Positions 35,785-49,700 are shown, numbered from the stretch's first letter. The stretch is 64,000 nt of DNA from Lytechinus pictus (GCF_037042905.1 NC_087245.1:41046001-41110000), one strand, 5' to 3'. Program-made: numbers and translations. The notes: generated by a model not told the origin, from the sequence alone.

Positions 35785-36387
35785 TTTGTTGCAGGTCCCA
35801 TGAGGCTTCTTGGACTGTAAGCAAAATGGATGTCAATGTTGTATTTTGGTTTGAGTACACCGAGCAACCTCCTGATGGCGGCAATGTTTCCAATCTTTTT
35901 GAAGTACCATAAAGTCGTTCCGTTAGCTCGCTTTAATCTATCCAACAGGTCATCGCAATCGATAGCCTCTCTGGGAGTCCCGTACTTCTCTTCCCGCTTC
36001 TTTAGACAAACTTGGTCCGTGATATTGCACTTCGCTTCAGGTGGGTAACGGGTGTCCGTACAAGATAACAGCCGCTCAAGCTGGATCAAGTTGAAGGTAT
36101 CTAAGTCTACTTTGGAACCAACGTCACGTTTGAATTCACCTCCGAAAGGAGCTAGGTTCATACGGATGACGAGTTTGAACCTGTCGATGACGTCACCGCA
36201 TCTGCTGTCCAATAGGATACCTGAGTTACCGACCAGGGCGCATTGATATTGCTTTGAAACGGTATGTGTTTGGTTGCAAGCTTTAAGTTCCTTTTCTGTG
36301 CGTGAAACAGTTATTTTCCTCCATGGTACATCTGATCGGAAAACTTGTACTGCTTCCCACCGCTTCATGTAAGCAGAAACATTCCGC
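35785..36387 (-). CDS. Alpha-2,8-sialyltransferase-like gene, exon 3: sialylmotif L
   Basis: TTGACAG acceptor, AA|GTAGGT donor; CALVGNSGILLDSRCGDVIDRFKLVIRMNLAP...DVGSK. Confidence 0.93.
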
Positions 36388-37668
36388 CTGTCAAAGTGAA
36401 AAATAAAGGGAAATATACTGACAATTCATAGAACAATATATTTCCTGTAGAGAAATCATTTTTTTAAAATCCTATAATAGTTTGGAGAGATTATCACTCT
36501 TACTCCCTAATATAATTTCTGATATTTTCTCTTTTTGACGGTCGAACACATCATTAAACGGTTTGTTGTCTTCTAAAAAAACTATTTTCTTTTTCAAATT
36601 AGGCCTACATCTCCACTAAGTGTCTAACACTATAATGCTCACTAGTTACAGAGGTCCCCTTGGATTGGTCCCTTATTCCCCAAAAGATCTTTGAAATGTC
36701 AATTTCTATTGCCATGATGGAGAATATTACTATTACTTTTACAATAATGTTTCAGGCAGGAGAAATATTCTCTATTTTGTTACATTCAATTATAGTTTAA
36801 TATAAATGTCAAGCATTTGGAGCTAAATCCCTAATTTAAGAAAAAAAATCGAGGTAGATTCAATTTTTCTTCATTTCCAAGGGGGATCCACACTTTACAA
36901 GCTTTGCTTTTTAGTGGACCCCCCTCATTTCCATTTATGCTCAATATTATACTGTTTATTATACTGTAAGAATGCTCGTCTGTAAAATTGTATTTGATTT
37001 GTATTACTTTATATTACTTTGTATTATGTTTTGAATGGAAATGGAATAAAGAATGGAATTGAATTGAAACAAAAATGTAATCAACATACTAGTGAGTGGA
37101 ATGCCGCTGGTAGTTTCGCATGTATTACACGATTATATAAAGCATATCTGTCATGTCTTTACTGACTTTGAAAACAACTAAAATGAATAATTTTTCACAA
37201 AGGAAGGACAACATATTCATTTGATAATAAAATATTTTAATTCTTAATCAATTTAACAGATCTCAAATGACCTGTGACCTTGACACAGGAAACTAAAGAG
37301 CCTCTAATTTCCGATACATCGAAATCATTATTATGATCATACCCAAGTTTAATAGAATACATATATATAATATCAACATTATCTTGAAAATTCGAATACT
37401 TAACTTTTGGGTACCTTTCTGAGTGGACATCAGTTTATTAACCACCGAATGACCTTTGACCTTCGACTAGTGCCTGAAAACTTCACTTTTATATTAACAG
37501 ATACTTGATAACCATTAAATGTAAATTTTGTTTGCAATAGAGATTTTATGTTTTCAATATTGAGATGAATTCAAAACACAACATTGCCAAAGTTCCTCGA
37601 CCCTAAAAAACCATTGACCTTGCTCATTTGACCTAAAATCATCTACATGATCAGTTACTGTGATACGT

Positions 37669-38025
37669 GGAAGAGCCGTGGTGTAGTGGTTCTGACTCTC
37701 GCCTTGTAAACAGAGGGTCGTGTGTTCGAATCCCACCGCGGTCTAGCGTCCTTTGGCAAGGCGTTAATCCACACTTTGCCATTCTCGACCCAGGTGCTAA
37801 ATGGGTACCCGGTAGGATGCGAAAGATATTGTATGTTTGATTTTGCCAGCGCCATAATGAGGCTGCGATGAATGCAAGGAATGCTCCCCAGGGAGTGGAA
37901 ATTGTGCACTTTTCGTGCGGGATTGAAAAGAATCCAATGACCGGGGTAATAATATGCTGTAACGCGCTTTGAGCCATTCTGGGAAAAGCGCTTTATAAAA
38001 ATTGGCTATTATTATTATTATTATT
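37669..38025 (+). mobile_element. Full-length tRNA-derived SINE with L2-type tail
   Basis: A box TGGTGTAGTGG, B box GTTCGAATCC, central GACCCAGGTGCTAAATGGGTACC, tail CGCTTTGAG...AAAAGCGCTTTATAAA and (TAT)n. Confidence 0.88.
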
Positions 38026-38219
38026 ACTTGATCACCCTTATGTTCAAGTGTCATGTTCTTGTGCTCTAAACGATGACATTTCAAAAAACTTAACTTTGGT
38101 AAAGATTGCAATGTTGATGTCGCGTATCATGTGACCTTAAACTCATGCAAAATGACCAGTGATGCTTGATTACCCTTATGAAAATAGCCCCACATTTAAT
38201 TTCAAAGTTATGATAAAAT

Positions 38220-40628
38220 TAAACAAAATGGAGCGCCTCTGGCAGACTCGCCTTCAATATGCGATTCGATATAGCAGCAGTGCTGACTTTAAAAACAGCT
38301 ATTGAATGAGTATTCACAACATTCATAATAAAATACTATGTCCATAGACCAAAAATGTCCTTTGACCATGATCATGTGACCTAAGACGTGTGCAAAACAA
38401 TCATTCATAAGCGATTACCCATGGGTACCCTTATGTCTATGTTTCATGAACTATATCCATAAACTTTCTAAGTTCTAATGCCAATTCAACAAATACCCCC
38501 TGCACGGCCAAAGTTCATTGACCTTAAATGACCTTTGACCTTGATCATGTGACCTGAAACTCAAGCAGGATGTTCAGTAATACTTGATTACCCTTATCAG
38601 GCGCGTATCCAGGATTTTGCACCCGGGGGGGGGGGGCGACCTAATTTTGGCGCCCCTGTGAACTTTTCGTAAAACACCCCCCCCCCCGCCAGACATTCGT
38701 AGGTGGTAAGATTAAATGCATGTTGAATTATCTTATTGAATAATCACGTGAAAAAAAAGCAATCGAAGATCACCTTTTTTAATGTGTTCATGAAAAAAAT
38801 ATCCATGAATATGTTGTAATACCACTTTTTGAAAAGAATAAATGCGACCAGAAAACATAGAATTTTAAGCACTTTGGGGTTTCAATTTAGTTTAACTTCT
38901 AATCAGAGTGGTAGGCCCTACTAAAATTATGTGTGCGGGAGCTGTAATTTTCTTCAACAGGGGCGGATCCAGTTTTCGCCCATAGGGGGAGGGTGAATAT
39001 TTTCATTTATACGTTTCCCGATCGGACATTCTAAGCACTTTTTGCAACAGTGAACATCATGTGTATACGTATATCTTAACAATATCGATGCGAGTGCGAA
39101 ACGCGAGCTGAAAAGTTTTGATATTCTGGAAAATAATTCAGAAAATCCATATAAGTACTTTTGGTAATCAAGAATAGGATGGGTATCTATCTCAATATTT
39201 TATGCGAGCGCGAAGCGTGAGCTGACAATTTTTTTGAATTTCCGAGCCAAAACTGGACATTCTAAGCACTTTTTTAAACCTTGAACAGGAGGTGTATCTA
39301 TTTAAACAATCGTGCGAGTGCGAAGCGCGAGTTGAAAAAGTTAATATTCTGACTTGAAATTTGGACATCCTAAGCACTTTCTGTAATCATGAACAGGGTG
39401 GGCATCTAATTAATCGATGCGAGCACGAAGTGCAAACTGAAAACTTTGATATTCCGACCCAAAGTTTGTCATTCTACATTCTAGCACATTTTGGGACTAT
39501 GAACTGGACGAGTTTCTTTCTAAACAGTTATTGATGCGAGTAAGAAGCACGAGCTGAAAATTATTTATATTCTGATTTAAAATTTGGAAATTCGAGTAAG
39601 CATATTTGGTAATTATGAAAAGAATGAGTATCTAACAAGACAGTTTATGCGAGCGCGAAGCGCGAGCTGAAAATGTTTGATCTATCGACCCAAATTTGGA
39701 AATTCTAAGCACTTTATCTAACCATGAAAATGATCGTCACCCTTCTAAACAATTGATGCGAGCGAGATAAAAATTGTTGATATTCTTACCTAAATTTTTG
39801 ATTTCTAAGAACTTTTGGTAATCATGATCAGGATGGGCATATAATTGCAAGCATTTGATGCGAGAAAACATTAGTTTGACGCCCCCATGTGAAACATGAA
39901 TTTGGCGCCCCTGGTCAAACATCAAATTGGAGCCCCAAAGGTCGAACATAAATTCGGCGCCCCCCCCCCCTTGGTTGAACATCAAATAGGTGCCCCCTAT
40001 GTCGAACATCAATTAGGTGCCCCTAGGTAAAACATAAATTCGCCCCCCTCCTACGTTGAACATCAATTTGGCGCCCCTAGGTCGAAGATCGATTTGGCGC
40101 CCCTATGTCAAATTTCAATTCGGCACACCGCTATAACGAACATCAATACGACGCCCCTATGTCGGACATCAATTCGGCGCCCCACTCCCCTAGGTTGAAC
40201 ATTAGTACGGCGCCCCTATGTCGAATATCAACTTGGTGCCCTTAGGTCGAACATAAATTCGACGCTCCCTATATATGTCGAACATCAATACGGCGCCCCT
40301 AGGTCAAATATTCAGCGCCCCCTTCCCTCTTCTTTTTTTGTCCTTCGTTCTACCTTTCCCCGTTTTTTTTTTCTTCTTTTCTTTCCCTCCTTTTTTTCTT
40401 TCCCTCTCTTTTCTTCCTCTTTTTGGCGCCCCCATTTTTACCTCTCTGGGGGCCCCGAAAGCCCCCGCCACCGAATACGCGCATGCTTATGTCCAAAATT
40501 CATGAACAAGGTTCACACACTTTCATAAGTTATGATGACATTGGTTAAGATTTCAATGTTGACGGGCGCGCCGCCGCCGTCCGAAAGCGGCGCCTATTTA
40601 TCTATGCTATGCAGGCGAGACAAAAAAA
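38220..40628. mobile_element. HINE-like interspersed repeat (TGACCTTGATCATGTGACC family), split by the 38598-40485 insertion
   Basis: Starts AAACAA..TGGAGCGCCTCTGGCAG.CTCGCCT and ends GCAGGCGAGACAAAAA; related pieces at about 25410-25640, 37080-37660 and 57630-57740. Confidence 0.5.
38598..40485. mobile_element. Non-autonomous DNA transposon with 5-bp TSD (hAT5-like), containing a ~28-bp minisatellite
   Basis: CTTAT|CAGGCGCGTAT ... ATACGCGCATG|CTTAT; GTCGAACATCAATTTGGCGCCCCTA array at about 39870-40320. Confidence 0.75.
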
Positions 40629-40888
40629 AAAGCCTTGAATAAGCTATCAATGTTGGCGCGTCACCGTCGAAAAAGCAAGCGAGACAAAAAAAAGCAGTAA
40701 TTATAAACCACATGTATATCGTAACCGAATATTCACTTTCAATGGTCCTCGTTAGTTTATATTTTGTTCAATAATTTCATTTTTACAAATTACGATTTTT
40801 TATTTATTTTAATAAGAAGCATTAAAATGGAGAGGAGGAATGTGGCATAGGCTTAAGATGTAGAAATATAAAAGTAGAAATAACTTAC

Positions 40889-40964
40889 TGAATTTCCCGC
40901 ATGGAACTTCTGTTGAATCTTCGACCGTCTTCAAAACCGTAAATTACAGCTGGACGGAGATTTA
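40889..40964 (-). CDS. Alpha-2,8-sialyltransferase-like gene, exon 2 (stem region)
   Basis: Strong donor CA|GTAAGT (phase 2, joining G of exon 3 to give Gln); open frame (V)NLRPAVIYGFEDGRRFNRSSMREIQ. Acceptor either AAG (exon starts 40964) or CCAG (starts 40949), both phase 1. Confidence 0.7.
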
Positions 40965-41646
40965 CTTTTTTTGTAAAAGAATGAAAGACAAAATGAAAGC
41001 AATGTATCATTTCTTTTTACACAAAAAAAAAAAACGCATTCCATTCAGCACACACGGAAGGGGCGGTGCCAATCCCAATTGACAAACAAGTTGAATGGTG
41101 TTGATACTTCAATTTGATGATAGTCATCTTCCCTTTTTTAAAGTAATTAATGTGCCCTCTTTTTCAAGAGAGGACGCAAAAAACTCTTATCATATATTTT
41201 TTTGTCAAGGAATTCTGTATAGTAATGCCTAAATTCGACTAACATTTAGTATATCAAAATTCATGAAATTCTGGATCCTCCCTACCAGATTAAGCGTTGA
41301 TATACTATTCAAAATTCATTGTACTTTGGTCTATAATTCTAGGATACCTCCCCGGAGGACAACTCCCAACTGATAACTCATCAGGTAGACAGCTGCAGCT
41401 CCCCCAGGGGGCGGCTCCCCCGAGGGACAGTTCCTCTGGAGGAATTACCTCTTTAAATAACCAATTCCAACAAACAATCTCTTATAAGTATCTCTTATAA
41501 GTATTATAAGATTAAATTTTATTCAATTATGTACTGATGTAATTAGGTATATTATTTACTTTTCATTACTTGAACCAAATATGTAACTGTTGCAACATTG
41601 ATTTTCATCTTGTAAATAGATTGCGACCATGGCAATCCAATCTCTA

Positions 41647-43432
41647 CAGTGCGTCCCAAAAAAAACTATACACTTTTGAAATGGCTGCCAAATAAAAAAT
41701 ATAGCATTATGGGAATTTTTTTTTACATTTATGGAAAGCCAATAAAGTCAACTTTCAAATGACACCAAAAAATTGGAAAACTGTTTATGCTTGAGCGAGC
41801 ACTGCCAACTGAAACAAAGGGTATGAAAATTAGGGTGGGCTGGAATTAGCCTTCCAATTTATGTCAGTTTTTAAGAGGCAAATCCTTTCGAACTTGCAAA
41901 GTTAAGGGTGTTGTGATAAATTAATGATCAACCGTAACCAGTTTTGGTTGCTTATGCAAATTCTATAAATTATTAAATTGAACTTTAATGCATGAGTGAA
42001 CACAAATTACACTTTTGGGGCAGCATTTCAACTTTATCATTTGGATCTCTTTTTGGGCAGCATTTCAACTTTATCATGTGGATCTCAGCAGTGTGTTCAT
42101 GGGAGTCGGGAGAATAGGGGGTGAGATAGGACTTAAGTGGGAGAAGTAGGTTGATGGAATAAGGGTCAACAGAACATTCAGCCCCCGCCCCCTCCCTCTT
42201 TCCCGCCCTCCCCTCCTGTTGAGAGACTGATGGCTATTGTCATGCAAGCGTGAAGTCCAGAGCGGAATGTTGATTTAATGATTAATTCTGAATTGGGGCA
42301 TCAACTTTTTCCTATCAATCATTTCATCAACAATTTATCAGTAAATCAACTCATTCAATGTGCAATGTGATCAATCATACATTCAGTTTTTTTTCAATGA
42401 ATTATTTCATTAATCATCATAATCATTAAATTTCTTGGTAATAATTCAATAAACAAGTGACCATCAGCCACCGGTCACTTGGCAGCTAAGTTTTGAATAG
42501 GCTACAATCCAGGAAGTGAGACAGAGAGGGGGGCTGGGAAATGGAGGTGGAGTGGGGAGGGTACATAATTATGACTTTCAATTTGTAAAAGGACAAAAAG
42601 AAGATGAATGCCCTTTTAACCAAGTCTTAGCATATCTCGCCCTCTTGCTTGTAACAGGTACCATCACATTACTCTGACTCTCACGAACACACTTCTGAGG
42701 TCCACAAGACGAATATGCTACACTAAAATTACAATTCCTGTTCACTCATGCATTAAATTTCAATTTAGTAACTCATGAAATTTGCCTAAGAAACCAAAAC
42801 TTATCTCACTCATTAATTTAGCTTAGCAAGTTCCAAGGACTAATCACTCAAAAAAACTGTAAGGCTAATTCCTGCCCAGCCTAGCCGAGCTTAGTGTCTG
42901 AGGAGGAAAGAAGCGGGGCTGGGGGGTTGAGATGGAGGGAGGGGTTGCTAAATGTTCTGTTGACCTCTATCCCATCAACGTACTTCACCTACCTAAGTCA
43001 TATTACCCCCTCTTCTCCTGACTTTCATAAACACATTGTTGAGATCCACATGATAAAGACAAAATGCTGCACTAAAAATTGCAATTCACGATCACTCATG
43101 CATTAAATTTCAATGTAATAAACGCATTAAATTTTCACAAACAACAAACTATCACAACTGATCTTTAATTCACCAAAGAACCCTCAACTTTGCAAGTACC
43201 AAACAAAAAACCTGAAAGAAATTGGAAGGCTAATTCCGGCCCACCCTAATTTTCATACCCTTTGTTTCAGTGGGCAGTGCTCGCTCAAGCATGAATAGTT
43301 TTCCAACTTTTTGGTGTCACTTGAAAGTTGACTTTATGGGCTTTCCATATCTATAAGTTATTTCCCCCAAAGTGCTATGTTTTTTATTTGGCAGCCATTT
43401 CAAAAGTGTATAGTTTTTTTTGGGACGCACTG
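41647..43432. mobile_element. Tc1/mariner-type non-autonomous element with long TIRs
   Basis: TA|CAGTGCGTCCCAAAAAAAACTATACAC ... GTGTATAGTTTTTTTTGGGACGCACTG|TA; inverted similarity extends for more than 200 bp. Confidence 0.9.
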
Positions 43433-44094
43433 TATAGCCTGCATGCGAGGGTAGAAATATTCAATAAAATCCTTCAATCAAACTCATCCCATCCGCAGGA
43501 CATCTCCCCGGAGGACGGGTTCCCCCAAGGACAAGTCCAACGGAGGACAGATCCCCAGGGGTATAACTTCCCCGGTGGACAACTACCCCGGAGGACAACT
43601 TCCCTCGCGGATTACTCTCCCGGAGTGCAACTTCCCTAACTCTAAACGCTTTTAAGGACAAGATTACTGATCAATGTCGATTTTATGCTAAACCCTTGGT
43701 TTCTTTTTCTTTTTCAAAAAAACGTGATTATTCATTTTTTTTTTTCATTAACCGCCCCAAGGTGCCAACGGGGATGGCGTGATTTACGGAATTTTTACCC
43801 CTTAACCCTAAAAGGGTCTACGCTTTGCGCGATATTTCCGAAACGGAAAAGATTAGCGCCGCGAAATTCTATGACTTTTTTTTTGAAGTCTTGCGCAACT
43901 TTTGAGACCAAATTCGCGACGCCAGATGACTTTTTACGAGACAATGTCATGCCGAAAAAGGCTCATTTTTATACTTTGTGTACAACTGTGGGAGACGAAA
44001 TTCATTTGATGATTTTTGGTTTCTTTGAAGGGGTAGTCCTAATAGTCATTTCTTAGCTTTATTCTTATGAATAAATTTAAATATATAATATCAT

Positions 44095-45652
44095 AATCCT
44101 TATTTATATAATGCGAGCGCGAAGTGCGAGCAATTTTTTTTGGGGAAATTTTATGTATTTTTTCCTAAAATTTTGAACATTCTGGGCAATGTTTGCTATC
44201 CTGAAAAAGATGTGTATGTAAATGAATAATTACTACGAACGTGAAGCGCTAGCAGAAATGAACTGATGGATAAGGTATCTGTTACAGACTGCTTGTAGTT
44301 AGCCATGAAGACGTTACATATTTCAACAATTAAATAATGCGAGTGCGAAGCGCGAGTTGAAATTTTTTGACATTTTTACCTAAGGAATGAAAATTCTAAG
44401 CACTTTTTGTAATTCAAACAGATAGGTATATAATTAAACAATTGATGCGAGCGGAAAAAAAAATCGAGATTTAGACCTAAAAACGGCACACTCTATTCAT
44501 GTTTTGTAAATCATGAAAAGAATGAGTAATAGGGGATCTTCCTACATTAATAATGCGAGCACAAAGCGCGAGCAGAGTTTTTGATATTGTGATCTGAAAC
44601 TGGATAACGATTTGAATATAGAACAAGTTGAGTATCTGAATAAACATGCGCGGGCGTGTTTCATATTCAGACCTAGAATCTAGGCATTCTACACATCTTT
44701 TATTATGAAAAATCAGAGCGAGCGCGAAGCGCGAGCTTAAACTATATGATATTCCAATCTGAAAAAAAAGTTAATTTCAGCTATTTATTTCAAGCACTTT
44801 GTAGGAAAATCGTGAGGTGGATATGGATCACACTTAATAAAGAGCTGATATTTTTCATTATTATTTGAGTTTTGACATAGGACTGGGACATCCTTAGGAC
44901 ATGTCATATGAAAATGATGACTATCTTACTATCCCTCTTGCTAAGCGCGAGATGAAACAAAAGGGACAATTTAATCATTAAATTTATATCTTATTTATTA
45001 ATGCCTAATGAGGGGGGGGGGATCTGATGATATTATGGCCTGAAAACTGGACATTTCAAGCACTTTTGTAATTCTGAATAGAATGCATCAGTTAAAATAT
45101 TTTTTTACCATTAATGCGAGCGCAAAATAATAGGTACTTAATCAATCGAAATTTGCGAGCGCTCAGCACGAGCAGAAAATTTCAATATTCAGACCATAAA
45201 GCTATCATTTTAACAGAGCACCTTTTAAAAATCAGTTTGTAAATCACACAAAATAATGAAAGTTCGATTTCCGAGGTGAAATGTGTAATGTATATTGACT
45301 TCCAAACTTGATATTTAAGATCCATATTGAACAATCACCTAACAGACAATGCGAGCGCGAAGCGCGACCGAAAATTTTATATAGTGACATGAAAGATTCT
45401 TTTTATTTTCCAAGTCTTCCCCTCATCTTATTTTATTCACTCTGGAAAATTTGACAAGCAAAAAAAAAGTTTTCACCCAAAATGTAAGGTCATTTAGTTC
45501 AAAAGACATGTATTATTTCGAATGTGAATGATGCATTTTTTTCCATCATAAAAGACCAAAAATAGTAGGGGGACATTTGATATTGTGTCCCCCCTACTAT
45601 TTTTGGTAGGGGGGACACGTCCCCCATGTCCCCCCTGGGATTTCCGCCCATG
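44095..45652. mobile_element. GCGAGCGCGAAGCGCGAG-repeat non-autonomous element (right portion)
   Basis: Periodic GCGAGCGCGAAGCGCGAG motifs; right end GGGATTTCCGCCCATG; left end not resolved. Confidence 0.55.
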
Positions 45653-46445
45653 GTAGCCATGGCCCCCAAGCCCCTCCCTTCATCTATATAGCCTACGCCA
45701 GTGGGTTGCTCGGTAATTTGTCGCTCAATTGCTAATTATTGTATTAGAGGGCCCCGCCCCATCTGTACGTCACTGCTTCGTTTTAATTTTCGTTCATTTG
45801 AATTATGTCTATTATCTATTTTTATTGTGTAATGTCACAATATGTAATATGATATTTTTGCGTTGTTTACGTGTAATGGCCTACATCATGTGATTTATGT
45901 CTCGAAATATCAATACATGCAAACATATCTGCTAAAAATACACGGTTTCAAACTAGATTTTGGTTCACACAAACGTCCCTAGTATTATACATGTATAGGC
46001 CTACATTATTTTTAATGAGAGTGCCTAGCCTCCTTGGTACACAACAAAGTGGTTTATATATTTTCGTAGCGACTTGGGTTTTTTTAGCGCAATATAGGGG
46101 GCCCACTCAGAATAAGACGCCCCGATGCGACGAATATACAAGTTCATTTATAATAATTTAATTCTTTATAAAACTAATTATAAGGCAACATGCATGGCTT
46201 TATGTAAGCAGCGGGATTTCCCCGAGAAATTTTGAAAACTTACGAAATCCTTCGAATTCACTTTGTCAATAGCGCCCTGATCGCTCACTCAATTGAGTTT
46301 CTAAAAAAAGGGGGGGGGCGCCCTGCGCCCTCCCGCACAAAAGGAGAGAAAATTCTGCGTACAGCTATATAATTTTAGGAACGATTATTTATTTGATTGG
46401 ATTACCACTTCCCTCGTAATAAAGGATTTAAATAATACATATCTG

Positions 46446-46576
46446 CATGGGTGGAAATCTCTCCCCAAAGGTAGGGGGCGGGGCGGATCCAAGACCTCTT
46501 TCCAAAAGAGGGGCACATTTTCCCCGGCCCGGTAGGCGGGGGACGCGTACCCCCTGGGATTTGGTTTCCGCCCATG
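46446..46576. mobile_element. Minimal hAT-type MITE (131 bp)
   Basis: CATATCTG|CATGGGTGGAAA ... TTTCCGCCCATG|CATATCTG; 8-bp TSD. Confidence 0.8.
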
Positions 46577-46655
46577 CATATCTGCATGGTTTACGATAAA
46601 ACTGTCTCCTTAAATAGAATTAGAATATGTAGTAAAGTTTATCTCGCAAACTAAC

Positions 46656-46791
46656 CTCTGAAATTTGGTATAAAGATGTTCTTCTCATTTTTTAAGCTGA
46701 TAATCGTTAACAAGAATATTCCAAGAACGCCAAGCATACAATTCTGAAGTCTCTGGAGAGAAAGCGACTGAATCAAAATCTCAAACACCAT
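46656..46791 (-). CDS. Alpha-2,8-sialyltransferase-like gene, proximal first coding exon (cytoplasmic tail plus signal anchor)
   Basis: MVFEILIQSLSLQRLQNCMLGVLGIFLLTIISLKNEKNIFIPNFR-G|GTTAG; hydrophobic anchor; phase-1 donor. The four exons total 1089 nt (362 aa plus stop). Confidence 0.72.
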
Positions 46792-49700
46792 TATGAATCA
46801 TTGCGATTTATTGAAATTGCGGTCCTTTTCAGATATTGTACAGATATTTCCCAGATTCATGATGAGATGTAAGATAAGCTGAGAATCGATGTCATACAAG
46901 TTCATCCAGGCATCTACGACACCGCGGCTCCATTGTTTAGTGTGCAAATATCACATCTTGCGAGGCATAGAGATGTACATCTAACACATCTCTGTAGCAT
47001 AGAGGTCATTTTCATGGTTTATGCAATTATGGTTCATGTTTGGTCGAGCCACGCTGATGTACGATGTACATGTATTAAATTTTGTGTGTGGGATGTTCGG
47101 CTGGGACATTTTGACGTTTCTTGTATCGGTCAAATGAGGGCGCTATTAATATCACACTCCACAGAGATACGATCTTACGTATACGTAAGCTCCCGAAGGG
47201 AGCTAGAGAGGGAACTCTTTCCGCGCGTTTTTGATTTTCCATAGGTTTTGTACATAACAAACATGGCTGCCATTTGGCCAATTTGAAGGTTGATTTTGGA
47301 AGGTCAATGTTTAATTCATGAGTAATGACGTCAAAATACGCACAATGCACTTGTGTGATTGGATAAAACGCTAATGTTTTATTCATGTCCTCATGCATTA
47401 AACATTTTTTTCCATCCCACAATTCCCTACGATATCTGTGCGAAGTGTCGTTCTTTTTTACTCCGCGAAATTCAACTTTTTGAAGTACAATAGCAAGACT
47501 AATTAACTGTTTATAGAATTAGTGTCCGGAATCATGATTTCTGAGTGAAATTCAGTTGAGCAGAAAATCTTTGAGGGAACATCTACATCAAAGTAATGGC
47601 ATTCCATACAAATTAAAGTAAGTTATGTTCAATTTCGTGCTTTGATCTCAGTTGTAATTGTGATGTGTTTGATGGGGTTCGGCGTCGCAGTCAGGGCCAT
47701 ACCGGTACCGGTATGTGCAGTTTACTACGGAAACCACAATTTCCATATTTCCATTTCTTTTTCCTGATCCCAAATAAATCTGAGATCTGACTGACATATT
47801 TTCTCAGAAAATAATACAGTTTTTCGTAGAACTAAGTTTGTTAATTTTAATTAGAATGCTTCATGTCCGTCCTTATGAAATATGTATTTCAGTTCTATTG
47901 TATATCAGGGGTAGATGTGGACTTGTTCAGTAACGGCAAAGCTGCATCAAATCTAAGCCTAATATAGTCAAAGCGGGATACGGCCTTTGATGCCGCCGGT
48001 GCCAGCCGGCTGCGAAAGCGCCGATGTAAGCTAGGTCATTAGGTGTTGGGAATTAGTGTCAAACTAACCAGGAGCTCCCTGGGCCTGGGTCAGTGTCAAA
48101 CAAGCTTGAGTTGAAGTTTGAAGTTGGGCCTGGGCCTACTGATTTTTTGACACCGCTATTTCATCTTTATATGAATCAATATAATTATCTGCATTTAATT
48201 AAAAAGAAATTAAATTAAAAAATGAAATTAACTAAATCTATTTGGAATGATATCGATAGATTTTGCCATGGTTATGCAATGTCAATGATTTGAGACAGAT
48301 TTTAGTCTTTTTTTTTTACTAAAGTAAGGCCCTCCTGCCCTATAGGATAGGTCTAACTTAGATCTAGATTTCTAAAATGAAATTCAATATCTGTCTGATT
48401 TGATTTTTTTTCTACGAAGATTTAAGTTAACTTTATTTTAGTCCCTGCCTGGACCATTGGACTAAAATTATAATTAGCCTAACATAACAGAGTTAAATGA
48501 TTCTTATTTTCGGCGGCCAACATTTCTTTGTCAGGTTTCAACTTATAACGTCTTTGGGTTTCAAACTGCTCAATTATCGTATACCATGAGTGTGCAATTT
48601 TTATGGGAAGGGTTGAGAAAATTTATAGTGTCCCATTTTGAATTTTATAAGTATAAGCAGAGAGAGGAGCTGATCCAATTGATTTATCTTTATTGTCCTC
48701 ATCACTGGACCTTATTAATGGTGAAAGGCAAAGGGTCATTTAAACTTGCAAGCAAGCTAACCTTTTTTTTAATCAAAATTAAACTTAAAGAGGAACTCAC
48801 TTAGACGTAGAGATTCACATGTTTATAGACGAGTGCAAAAAAATTAAATAATTGTCTCGCACTGGTGAATGAGCGAGAGCCAAATTATCACACAAATAAT
48901 AATAATCCTACATCTGTCAAAGCTGGCTTGGTGTATATTTATTGAAGATTGACAAAAGGCCTCGCTATAGTAGGCCATGTATGCTTGAACCATTTACTGA
49001 CTCTTATTGACAATGAAGATGGTCAGCGGAAACAGAGCCAGGTAGGCCTATGCCTATTTTGTCAGTGGAACATGATACAGAGAGAAGGGAAGTTTTCAGT
49101 CAAGACCAGCTTTTCTTTCTAGTTGGGAATATTCATAGGCTTAGGATATGACAAGCTGGAAATTTTGAAAATATTGTTTTAAAAGAGGAATTTATTTATC
49201 ACCTCTAAAATTCTAAACTGTAAAGTACATGTATTGTGTGTATTTTTCATTGCAGATCCAATGGAATCAAGTTCTTAGCAGTCCCAGCCCAGTCAGAAGT
49301 ACAAAGTCAACTACCATTTGCACATCACCAAGAGTTACAATCTGATGAGGAACAGGATATCTGAACTAAAACTTGCAAGGTATGCTTGTTTTCGTAAGAA
49401 ATGCCCCCTATTTTATTTATTTATTTTATTTATTTTATTTTATTTTTTTTTTTTGGGGGGGGGGCTATAGCAACTTTTTCTGAATCATTTAATTCCATAT
49501 AGTAAAGCTCCATTGTGAGTTAATATTTATTTGGATTCAGATTCACCATTCCATTCTCATCAATGCATACTTATTGTCCATGTCTCTCATCTATACTAGT
49601 CATACAGAATATCACTTTAAAACTCAGTTACTCTGTAGACAGAAATAAAAAGGACAAAATATTGAGAGTAATCTTATGATATATATTTGAATGAGTTTAC

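Noticed and set aside
37669..37745. tRNA gene
   Set aside because: The tRNA-like head continues into a SINE body with an L2-type tail and (TAT)n; there is no proper acceptor stem or poly-T terminator.
39870..40320. CRISPR-like array of ~28-bp repeats (also the 37-bp array at 17327)
   Set aside because: Units are contiguous without unique spacers, lie inside eukaryotic TEs, and no cas genes are present.
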